From Psammoneis japonica (lineage: Eukaryota): 20,000 nt of DNA. A program made the translations under genes and the position numbers. Of the stretch, positions 1 to 9,719 are shown piece after piece; position 1 is the stretch's first letter, and every line of letters starts with the position of its first letter. The stretch lies in NCBI GenBank assembly GCA_008632985.1, contig QPGO01000258.1, forward strand, positions 66,083 through 86,082, written 5' to 3'. The notes beneath the pieces are model-generated. The model was not told the DNA's origin. It did no database searches and saw only the letters and a list, made by a program, of their open reading frames with translations.

Positions 1-570
1 TGGTGGCAGTTGGAGCCTTCACATGGCTTTTTGCAGAGCCGGTGGTGTGTGGAGCCTTTGTGCTGCCAGCGCTGGTGGCGGCCGGTTTGAGCCTCTGCAG
101 CACTGCTGGACATGGAGCTGGCAGCCTTTGCACACCACTGAGCATGGAGCTGGTGGCAGTTGGAGCCTTTTGCTGTGGAGCTGGTGGTGTGCAGGGCCTT
201 TTTGCTGGCACTTGTGGTGGTTTTAGCCTTCACACTGCTGGGCACAGAGCTGGTGGCTTTGGAGCCTTTGCACCACTGGGCATGGAGCACAGAGTTGGCG
301 CTGTGGCAGTTGGAGCCTTGTTTGTGCCATTGGGAGCAGAGCTGGTGGCAGCTGGAGCCTTTTCACTGCTGGCGCTGGCAGTGGTTGGATTTTTTGCACT
401 GATGCTGATGCTGGCAGTGGCTGCAGCCTCTGGATTGCTGGCACTTGCTGTGTGGCTGGTTGAGGCCTTTGTGTGCTGCTGACACTGGCGGTGGTTGGAG
501 CCTTTGTGCTGCTGCTGGATGCAGAGCTGGTGGTGGTTGGAGCCTTTCTGTTGCTGGGTGGAGCTTTTGA
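1..570 (-). repeat. Degenerate 33-42 bp coding-type tandem repeat (KAPT / Thr-Pro-rich mucin-like), decayed; continues off the left edge
   Basis: Recurring GGTGGCAGTTGGAGCCTT-like units at about 12, 51, 122, 162, 261, 313, 354, 497 and 539. The minus strand reads KAPTAT/KAPTT in shifting frames (ORFs 223..702 and 230..814). Confidence 0.7.
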
Positions 571-2508
571 GCAGCAATTTGGCTGCAAATTGCAGGTTGC
601 TGTCATGCACACATTTCCCTTCTGCAGACATTCTGATGGCAAACACGTGCTCACAGGACATTGTTCTTGCACCTGCTGGAAATGATGCTGCAGTGAACAC
701 AAAACAGGAAAGCAGCTGCAAACTGTTGTGCAATTGTCCCATTTTGTGTTTCTTCATGCTGGGACAATGGATCTTCCCAACCTCCCAAAATTTGCACTTG
801 TGCCCAAAATGCAACTCTCTCCAACATCTGGACCCTCAACCCACAGTGCTCACCTGTCCCTGCACCTGCTTGCCAGCACTGCTGATTGCACTTAGAAGGT
901 TCATCATGCCAGTGCCAGCTCTGACAACATTTTTGAAATTTCCACACCATCCAGCCTCCCACTGTGACCAACACCCTGATGAAACCTGGCAGGCATGCAC
1001 CCCAAGTCATGGAAGGCTAAAAAAAGATTTTTTTGCAGACTTTGCATGTTTCAGGTGCAGCTGCAATCCAATGCTGAACTCAGCTTGGCTCTCAATTTGG
1101 CCACAATTCTGTCAATTGACCAGAAGCAATGTCAAAATGAAGTGCAAGGAGGGGTGTTGCTTGTGTTGTTTCTTCTTTTTGCCTTGGTGGTGCTTGCTTC
1201 CACATGATGTGTGTCATGGAACAATGAAGTTAAAAAAACTCATGGGAAAGTCAATGCAGAGCAAGTGTGTTCTTCAAGTGGCTGTGCACTGTGCCACTTC
1301 CATGCTCTTGCCATCTTGCACACATGCAAATGGACAGAGTCATTGTGTTTGGTGTGATCTGGGATCTTCAAGATGAAAAAATGTGCTGACTGTGGTTCGT
1401 GATTGGAGCAACAAAGGAGGACACATGGAAAAGCCGAGAGAGCAGAAGTGACAACATGGCAAATCCTGGTCAAAAAGAGGCCACAATGCAGCAAAACTTG
1501 GTGTGTCTCTGTCAAATGTGGGCCTTGGCAAAGCAGGCTTCCCTTGCAGCTAGAAACTCTGGGGCAACATGCACAAACTGTCTGATGTCAATGGCCGGCT
1601 TGCTTCAGCCAACTGGGCAGGATTCCGTGTGAGATGCTGGTGAGCGCAGCATGGAGTTCTGCATGTGAGCACATCCTTGAGAGCACAGAGTTGGGAAATT
1701 CAGCTGCTGCTTGGCAAAACAAATCTCTTGCCACCTTGCCAGCACAACACTTTCTTGTTGACATGTTGGCTCTTGGAAATGGCTGAACTCTGTTGTGCAC
1801 AGGGAAGATGTGGTGACAACAGCACAGTGTGGAGGTGACAAAGGTGGGGTGCTGGATGACTTCTTGAACTTTGCCAATCTCCTGAATGAAGTCACCACCA
1901 AGCCACAAGCTTGGTGTCACATTGAGGTTAACAGCCTCTCTGGGGATCTTTTGCAAAAGCTCGGTTTCCAATCAGGAGAGCTTGGGTGCCCAAGAAAAGA
2001 ATGTCCCTGCATTGTTTGTTGAAGCGACATGGCCAATTCAACCAAATCCTTCCAATTGCACCCGCCCCAACTTCGAGTGTCTGATCAGCTTTTTTTTCTT
2101 TTTTTTTTTCATTCAGAGGAGAAGCAGCCACGCTCAGTCTCACAAACAAATTGTCTTGCGACCATGCCATGAGAGAAACACTCAAATGGTGGATGCTTTT
2201 CAGAAGCATTCTTGACAAAAGAGAAGCTGCAATGGCAAGTCCAGTGCCTCTTGCTTGTTGAGGCCCAGCAACAACAACTGGCAGGGACGACATCACGTGA
2301 AACGATCAACTCCCGAATGAAATGCATGCACGTCAGATCTCACAATGATGATGATTGTTCATGATGGCCTCACTTCAGTCTTCGCATGAGCTCACTCTCT
2401 GCTCTGCTCTTGGCAGCTGCTCTCCAGCTCAGTCTGCCAGGTGCACTGTGCCGCATCTCTCCATCTCCAATTCGCGTGTCTCGCTTGATCCTCTCTGCTG
2501 TCTGTGTG

Positions 2509-2781
2509 ATGATTCGCTCTTTGCTCATGTCAGTCACTGTTGCCCTTTTTGGCTTGGCCCATGCTGGGACGAATCCTGAGGGACTGAAGTTTCCAGCCGC
2601 CAAGACACAGGAGGACGGGGTTGTGGAGTTTCCGTCAGGCCTTCTCTGCAAGGAACTTCGTGCTGGAACCGGTCCGTCGCCGAAGATTGACACGCCGTGC
2701 TTTTGCCACTGTGCAGGAACTTTGATCAATGGCACTGAATTTGACAGCTCTTACAAACGCGGGGAGCCGCTCACTTTTGCT
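2509..2781 (+). pseudogene. 5' fragment of a secreted FKBP-type peptidyl-prolyl isomerase (FkpA/Mip-like)
   Basis: Signal-like MIRSLLMSVTVALFGLAHAG, then GVVEFPSGLLCKELRAGTGPSP..CHCAGTLINGTEFDSSYKRGEPLTFA. Similarity stops before the VIxGW half. Conserved Tyr positions read Cys at 2647-2649 (TGC) and 2710-2712 (TGT). Confidence 0.88.
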
Positions 2782-3268
2782 CTGGAAAATGGGAGCTTTG
2801 CATCCCTTCTGAGTCAGGTTGCGGCGACCGTGGCGCTGGGGGGCAGATCCCAGGTGGTGCTGTTCTCGTCTTCACCTTAGAGCTTCTCAAAGTGACGCAA
2901 GACGGACAAGCGGAGTTCTAGAATGCCTCTTGCACCTGCGCGGCCCGCTCAAAACTTGGGTTTGCAGACCACTGCCGGCAGCGCTGTGCTCTAGAGAGAG
3001 GAAGGTCCTGCAGGGCTGTTTCGTCATTTGCACTGTCAGATTCATCAGCCATCAATTTTCGTCTTGTCCAATTGCAAGTCAACATTGCCGCTCTTCCATT
3101 GCGAAACTCATGTCTGCCACATTTCGCCCACCCGCATGTGCTTGTCTGCCAAGTGCCTCCAGGTGGTCATTTCCTGGTGCGTCAGCAACAATGCCCTGAG
3201 GGAAGCTGCCATCTCCAAAGCCATGTTGATGTCCAACCTGACAAAATTGCACATGTTGTCACACTCAC

Positions 3269-4860
3269 CCAATCATTCCATCACTTGTGCATTGAAACAT
3301 TCGACTGACAATCAGAGCGCCAACGCTGCCCAACCCTTTGTGCAAATGCTCTCAAGCAATGAATTCTTGTGGCCACATGGTGCAAAGTGCCACCTTTGCC
3401 AAAGGCCCCCGAGCCATTTGAAGCTGCTCAATTTCAACATCGGAGACTGAAATAGAAAACAAGTTGAGGATGCACAAAACAACACGTGAAAGCTCGGACA
3501 CATTGTCTCCACACTCGAAACAACAACACACCTCCCCCAACTGCTCGAAAAGGCCGAGCGGCAAAGTCCGCACCCGTGCTGTGCGTGTGCAACCAAACAG
3601 ATGCCGCAAGACCACCAGGCTGCGGTGAGTCGATTCCCACCCACCACAAATGTCGGCGTCGCAATCGTCAGGACAAACATGAGGCCACGGCGTGCCTGGT
3701 TCAAACTTGGACAGTGGGCTTTCTGCTTGTTCCAAATCATTTCGAAGGGTTGACAAGGCAACAGCAGAGAGCAACAATGTCAAATGAGCTGCTTCTTGGA
3801 GCAACAAGGAAGGGTCGAATTGCTCCATTGAAGCCATGCTCCGGACAACTGATCTGCCTTTGGAAAGTTGCAAAGCCGTTGTGCGACTCGCGTTGTTGTT
3901 AAGATTTTGGATTCGTCGCCTGCTGCAATGTGCTGCAGCAGTCTTCGAATGGGATCACCGACGGTCCTTTGCGGTTTCCACATTGGCGCATTGACACTCT
4001 GCGCTGGTCTCTGCATTGGAGCATTTGTGCTCTTTTTGGGCCCTTGCATTGACGGGGACTCGAGAGATTCGTTTCGGTCAGATGATTTTGCAACGATGAC
4101 TTGTGGAGGTCTCTGTTGTTGTGGCTGTCTTCACCGTGACGACAATCGCACTCCTCAAAAAGATTTCTTTGCACGATGCCACAGCGACAATTGAACATCA
4201 TGTCCCTGTGCACTTTCAATTTCGTCAAGGTGGTCTTCTAAATCTTGTCGTGTCATTTCATTCAATTGTTCCCGCTCCCGTTTGACAGAGGTTGCCTGTG
4301 GAAATTGCCCAAAGGATGGAGGCTGCGTGCATCTGTCTGACTGCAAATGAAATGCTGCAAGTTCCATGCCAACATCCAACCATTTGGAGTGCATTTGATG
4401 AACGACAGTCACTGCAGCAGACAAAGTGCTGTGAGCGATTGTGCCATGGGTTTTCCAATTGACGACCTCATGCTTGCCTGCTTCCCAATGCTGCAGCAAT
4501 GATGCACCCGACATCAGAGACACCAGACATCAGAGATGTCAAGAAGAGCGGCAAGATGAAAATGAATGTAAGTGCCTTCAACTTTCAATGCATTCCGAGT
4601 TCATTCTCAAGTCTGCACAACAAAAGCGCTGATGCCCAACACCTGCTCACGCGGCAATGAGAAAAGGAAGTTTTGAATGTCAGCAGAAAGGTGAAGGAGG
4701 CAATCAGTGCTCCCATTGGACAGGGGTGATCAAACACTCCATTCCCGCCGTCATGCAGGTCGAAGAAATGGAAAAAGACCGCTGCAGCCTTGAACAGTGC
4801 TGACCCATGCAGTCTCAACAGAGCTTGAAAGCCAAACACACCGCCTTGATGCTTTGTCAT
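3269..4860 (-). pseudogene. 3'-truncated bestrophin-like (UPF0187/RFP-TM type) gene with retained introns
   Basis: ATG at 4860. Motifs LRLHGSALFKA, DHP(C)PMGALIASFTFLLTFKTSFS, (H)WEA|VTVVHQMHSKW, PSLLLQEAAHL..LSAVALSTLRND, AARPFRAVGG|VSDVEI..ARGPLAKVALCTMW.QEFI, SDGMIG. In-frame introns inferred at 4491-4650, 4412-4477 and 3447-3531, with a further donor at 3268. Contains frameshifts and stops. Family call is from memory of diatom homologues. Confidence 0.72.
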
Positions 4861-4959
4861 TGTTGCTGTGGAGTGGGCTTGCACTCTAGAACGATTGTGC
4901 AAATGTGCAAAATGCAGAGGAGAAAGCGCTGTCATTTGCCATTTTCATCATTCCTGCTG

Positions 4960-7086
4960 CGGCTTCTGCGGCAGAGTGTTGGCTTCTAATCCGTCCAAGA
5001 GCTGCGCAGCACCTCGTTTCATTGCAATGCTGCAATCACCGTCGCGGACAACAGTGTCGCATTTGATCAAGAGCGGCTCCAACTCCACCAGTGCCTCAGC
5101 CGCAGCTGCAACCATTGCAGAGGCGGTTGCTTCAAAATTGTCAAGCTCGACGGGCGGCAACTCACTGGTTTCCGCTGTGGCATCAACCGAAACTTCGGGA
5201 AGCTCCGTCAAGGATGGATGAGCGCCATTTTTGTTCCATGCATCACACGGCGACCACAACAAAGCTGTGGTGTTGGCATTGAGCAGCTCCATGACGTTTG
5301 ATGAGGACAGATTCAAGATTGTGACGGACACACCATGCACATCAAATGAAGTCATGCAGCTGCCCACAAAAATGCAAGTCACTGTGCAGCCATGCTGCAT
5401 TTCCAGACAGCCCAAAATGGAGTTGGTCAAGATTGACATTTCAAAGTTAGATGTCCCACCCAAATTGTTGACAAGGACACAGAGATCGTCTCCTTTTTCG
5501 AACATGGGAACGACTGCTTCCAATTCATCGACACACCCACACTTGTGAATCGCACCAACCATCTCCTTTGCAAGTTCCTTGCTTGTCAAAAGCGCGGACT
5601 GCTTCACCCCAGCTTCGCCATGAATTCCGAGGCCAACTTCAATCATGTCATCATCGTCCAGATGATCTTTGACTGCCACTGCACCAGGCACCGTGACTGC
5701 ATCAAGCGCCGCACCCAACGTTCCCATGTGTTTTGCAGTCAGTGCAGCCAGGTTTGCCGCGCCCTGCAAAGATTTCCCTTCGGCAGCAGCTGCTCCTGCA
5801 ATCTTGTGAACAAGAATGGCTCTGGAAATGCCTTGAGCTCCAGGGATGCCCTTGGTTCTCTCCAAGGCCGCATCGTCGGCTGCGACCGCCACTTGGCAGG
5901 AAAGACGGGTTCCAGCCCCAGGTGGGACTTTTTGTGACATTTGCCCCGCAGAATTCCACGTGCGAGCTCTGCAGTTTGTGCTCTGGTTGATGGACATGTT
6001 CACTTTCGACATGAAATGAACAGTCAATTTTGCAGCACATGCACCTCTGTTCGCACTCGAAGTTTTAGATGACACGCCTGCCCTGCGCCATTCTCAAGAC
6101 ACTCGAGAATGGCGCAGAAGAAAAAAATGTCAAAAGTTGTTGAGTGGATCACCCGACAATTGCACTGTAAAATGATGCAAAATTTCGCCAAAATCACGCA
6201 GAAATGTGCATGCGCGACATGCGACGCGCATTCAAAAAACTGTCGATGTCACAGTTCAGCAGGGCGAGGTCCCACCCAGACCTGGAGCGCGTCTGGCTCG
6301 ACCACATGCCGCTCCAAAGTTCAAACGGTCACCAGCGCAGTTCTTCACCACTGGCAGAATGGGGCTTGTTTTCCCACATGAAGCGGCGCGAATTGCAGCC
6401 AAGGCAGCGGCGACAGAGGGAGACGCAAAGATTCCTCCTGGAGTGGCTCCGCTGAGCATGCCGTCGCCTGTCCATCCTGCATGACTCGGCTCATGTCCGC
6501 CGCCGCCACTGAGAATCTGAGCACCCGTTCCAGCCTTCAAGTTGCTCTTGAGCACAACATGATGATTTTTCAATTTCGCGAGGCGAGCGAGTCAGATGTT
6601 GCAATGGCAGGCCAGCAACAAATTCGTCGACAGTGTCGGCTGGATCGCTGGTGATCTTTTTCGGCTTGGGCGATGCGACGCTTTTCTGCTGTGCGAGTTG
6701 AGCCAAACAACACCTGGTCATTTTGCGTGAGGGTCAATCACTGCTGGGAAGACTCACGCGGATGTTCTCAGCAAGAAGCTCCTTTGCACAAGGGCCGTCG
6801 CTCAAGAGCATGGGACAAAAGCTGCGGCCCAACCAACCCGCTGCACGACCTGTCTTGCAAGTCGCAGCCGAGACGGCAAGTTCTTTGAGAATTGCACTCG
6901 CATTGCCCCGCTTGTCAACGACCATGGTGTCGTTGCACACTTTGTTGGAGCTCTTGAAGATGTGCGCTCGAGTGCGGAACAGGAGCCCGCTTGTTGGCGG
7001 GTCATCGCCGAGTGCATTTTGCTCTTGTCGGAACGGCCGGTCAGATGCAAGAATCAGCTCAATGGGAATCAGTTCAACAGAATTCG
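4960..7086 (-). pseudogene. Dihydroxyacetone kinase / triokinase (DAK1 + start of DAK2 domain), frameshifted, interrupted and 3'-truncated, with an upstream non-DAK exon
   Basis: KKITSDPADTVDEFVAGL; SGGGGHEPSHAG..GML..IFASPS; VKN(C)AGDRLNFG; ADD..LVHKIAGAAA; GLGIHGEAG; LVNNLGGTS; DGDC. Frameshift near 6575 and an insertion at 5911-6286. The DAK2 SMGGTSG motif is absent. Intron 6689-6757 joins an upstream exon in frame. Confidence 0.9.
5911..6286. mobile_element. Candidate MITE-like insertion in the DAK pseudogene
   Basis: 376-bp non-DAK block splitting the DAK1 domain. Ends are imperfect 18-bp inverted repeats (TCCAGCCCCAGGTGGGAC vs revcomp TCCAGGTCTGGGTGGGAC, 14/18). A central 13-bp stem hairpin lies at 6083-6117. 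No clear TSD. Confidence 0.55.
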
Positions 7087-7165
7087 CTGGCGATTAGAGT
7101 GCACACAATGTGATAGAAAGACCCGCCATTTTGACAAGCAGAAAGCATTCATTGGCTTCCACAGT

Positions 7166-8197
7166 CAGAAAACGCATCTGCGGCATGGCAAGTGCGGCAA
7201 CAACGGCGGCATGGAAATCTGATTGGACAAACGACGTCAGCTAGCTATGAACTTTGTTCTTCACAACAAGTGATGTTGACATCATTATTGCCCCCCCAGC
7301 ACCTGCCAGCATCGCGCAGGCAGACCCCATGCTGTACAAGTATGGTAGTACGAGTGGTAGCACTCACTCTACACTGGATGAGACGCATCACGTCAAGTAC
7401 TGAAGCCGCACGTAGAATTGTACGTGGAATGAGATGTGGTTTTTTGTGCAAGTCGCCATGGCGGTGTGTGGTTGTTTTGGACAACTTCTATCGACTTTGT
7501 GACTATAGAAGTAGGATCAATCGATAATATGAAGTAGTTATGATATGTGTAGAGAAGGAAATGGTAACGCTTCGCGTACTTCTTTCCAAAATGGACCTGT
7601 TGTATTGCAAGAATTTTCAGGTCTTTTCATGCATCGCAGAAAGCCATGCATAAGGTCCCTAAACTAGATCTCTATGACACAGAAACTACCGTACAGAGTA
7701 ATTTAGATATGGCGGATTGAACGGTGTTATTTGTAAGTTAAATGGTTTTAGAGTAGGTAGACTAAATGGCCCGAGAAGGACGGTGCAAAAATTTCTACTT
7801 GAAAGTTGCTGAAATTGTCCCATAAGAGGGTCGCACATGCATTGAACAAAAAGAGAAACAACACACACATACTAACAAAAATGCTGCGGTTCTAATGGTG
7901 TTATTTTTATGCTCACCAGTCCGAAAGTTGCCGCTGTCATGGGCGGTTCGTGCTGTTTGTGTATCATGATGTTGTGTTGTCTTGCTGAGTCTCCAAGGAC
8001 TCTTGTGAATGTTTCTGTTGAAGTGGAGCGCGAATCGCCACGGCCGGGCGGCGGGGCGGATGGTGGGCGGGGTAAGGATGATGTCATCATTACTTATTGT
8101 GAACAACAAGGTTCTTAGCTGACGTCGTTTATCCAATCAGATTTCCATACCGCCGTTATGACCGCACTTACCATACCGCGGATCGATACGTTTTCTG
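7166..8197. mobile_element. Non-autonomous TIR DNA transposon, Mutator (MULE)-like, 1032 bp
   Basis: TIRs at 7166-7243 and 8116-8197, starting CAGAAAACG. Perfect 9-bp target-site duplication TTCCACAGT at 7157-7165 and 8198-8206. No transposase ORF. A 9-bp TSD with long TIRs is typical of the Mutator superfamily. Confidence 0.88.
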
Positions 8198-8224
8198 TTC
8201 CACAGTTTGCCTGCCGTACACCGC

Positions 8225-8403
8225 GAGGAATTTTGTGTCTCGGAGGAATTTTGTATCTCGGAGGAATTTTGTGTCTCGGAGGAATTTTGTATCTCGGAGG
8301 AATTTTGTATCTCGGAGGAATTTTGGGTCTCCGAGACACAAAATTCCTCCGAGACACAAAATTCCTCCGAGATACAAAATTCCTCCGAGACACAAAATTC
8401 CTC
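8225..8403. repeat. Palindromic array of 18-bp repeats: 6 forward + 4 inverted copies
   Basis: GAGGAATTTTGTRTCTCG at 8225, 8243, 8261, 8279, 8297 and 8315 (last copy variant). CGAGAYACAAAATTCCTC at 8332, 8350, 8368 and 8386. Symmetry centre about 8332. Confidence 0.97.
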
Positions 8404-8424
8404 CGTCCTCCGTGAACCGATACC

Positions 8425-9118
8425 GAGATGACGCAGCGGCGACCCATGCTCGGCGTTGTTTGAGCTATTCTTCGTCGTTTTCGTTCATTAAAGACACGGA
8501 TATTACTTTTAGGAGGTCGACTTATTAGATGAGGTCCTTGGTTTGGCGAGAAACGGTGTTGTGGTTGTGTAGAAATCAAAAGATGGGTCTTTTTGCTTTT
8601 GTCAGCCATTTCTGAGCGGCAAAACCCATGCTCGGATGTTTAATCGCTCATTTCACTTCATCTGATGACTATCTTTGCTGGTATCGACTGACCATAGTCA
8701 CGAAAAGTTTTCCATGTCTTGGGTATGCTGTGAGTGGGGGCTGTGTCGAGAAACATCGTTCTCTCGTATCGACAAGAAACACCAAAAAGCATGGAATTGA
8801 CACGATCCATACTTTGATGGTTATTCGTTCAATACACCTTTTCTGTTGTGTACCTTTGCCTGGATCTCTTTGTTATAGATACGAAAATCATCTCCTGTCT
8901 TGTGTATGTTGTCTGTTTGATTTGTGGAGAGAAATGTCGGTCACACTCGTGTGGTCTCATGTCGGCATTTTGTGATTATCGCTGACCCATGCTTTGATGT
9001 TTATCCGTTCATTTCGTCTCTTTACTCACACTTCTTAGATTAAATCATTACTTTATAGCTACAAAAAGATTAGTCTGTCTTGGACATGCCTTCGGTGTGG
9101 TCTGTAAAGCGCAAGTGT
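8425..9118. repeat. Left arm of a long inverted repeat, composed of diverged ~180-bp units
   Basis: Reverse complement of 9720-10410 over about 690 bp, with scattered substitutions and long identical tracts (e.g. about 8652-8785). Motif (G/A)AYCCATRCT at 8441, 8623, 8804 and 8984. Confidence 0.95.
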
Positions 9119-9719
9119 CATTCACAACACAACTGCGACATGCACCGACGCCTCTCCTCGCTTTCCGACAATACATTTTCCCGTTTGTCTAATCTATTTG
9201 GACACTAATTGAGTCATATAATAGAATGATAATAGAATGGTAATACCAAGCATGTTCTTCTTTTATCTGAAGCTATTGTTTCCTTGTTCTCCATGGTAGC
9301 ATCATTCTGGATTCTCCTCGGCTGGTCGTGCATCCGTGAGTCGAATGAAGTCCGTAATCCTCATTTTGTTCAACATCAGCTCGTTCACTAGAAGAATCAT
9401 GAGCAGAGCCGGAGGAGTCGCTTGATGGGCTGCAAGTGCTTTTGATTTTGATATTGACAAAAGGACCCCGATTCTCCTCGTCAGCACTAGCAGAACTCGC
9501 AGGAACGGTGTCGGTGCTTTCCTCGGCGGACGTGTCCGCAACAGCCTTTGCTTGGCATTTCTTGGTGGATCTATTGTGCTTCCTTGTATTTTGGTTGAAC
9601 TCTTCCTCTTCTTTTCATGATTCCTCTGCTTCTCGTTGCTTTGGGACAGCATGCGCTTGCGGGGAGCTTTATGACTGAAGCTTGCGCATCGCTTGTGTTG
9701 ATGTTGGACGGTGTGCTCC

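Larger units (their letters stand above)
1..7240. other. Hypermutated domain (TpA-depleted; CpG also depleted in about 1-2000)
   Basis: By-eye scan finds only about 20 TA dinucleotides in 7.2 kb, mostly CTAG/TTAA/TTAG/CTAA. TG/CA are strongly enriched. Pseudogene Tyr codons read as Cys/His. Normal TA frequency resumes after about 7241-7335. Confidence 0.92.

Noticed and set aside
495..2330. ORFs 495..1376, 1588..1971, 1795..2022 and neighbours
   Set aside because: Same stop-depletion artefact; no family recognised.
2782..3260. Continuation of FKBP or bestrophin-like coding sequence
   Set aside because: Neither VIxGW (FKBP) nor the PFPF-type motif (bestrophin-like) was found in the frames read. 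It may be another unidentified fragment.
4948..6075. 375-aa ORF as a functional DAK gene
   Set aside because: It starts inside the insertion, lacks the N-terminal GGGxGHEP segment (a separate frame upstream) and most of DAK2, and has no Tyr codons.
1..7240. ADAR-type RNA hyper-editing plus retrotransposition as the cause of the A>G changes
   Set aside because: Introns are retained, both strands are affected, and TAG (ADAR's preferred context) survives when preceded by a pyrimidine.
8225..8403. 18-bp array as a CRISPR array, or the ORFs crossing it (GGILYL / RDTKFL repeats) as proteins
   Set aside because: There are no spacers and no cas genes, and the context is eukaryotic. The ORFs arise because the unit length is a multiple of 3 with no stops.
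8441..9118. 30-bp motif with ~150-bp intervals as a CRISPR-like repeat-spacer array
   Set aside because: The intervals show residual similarity to each other, so they are diverged tandem units rather than acquired spacers.
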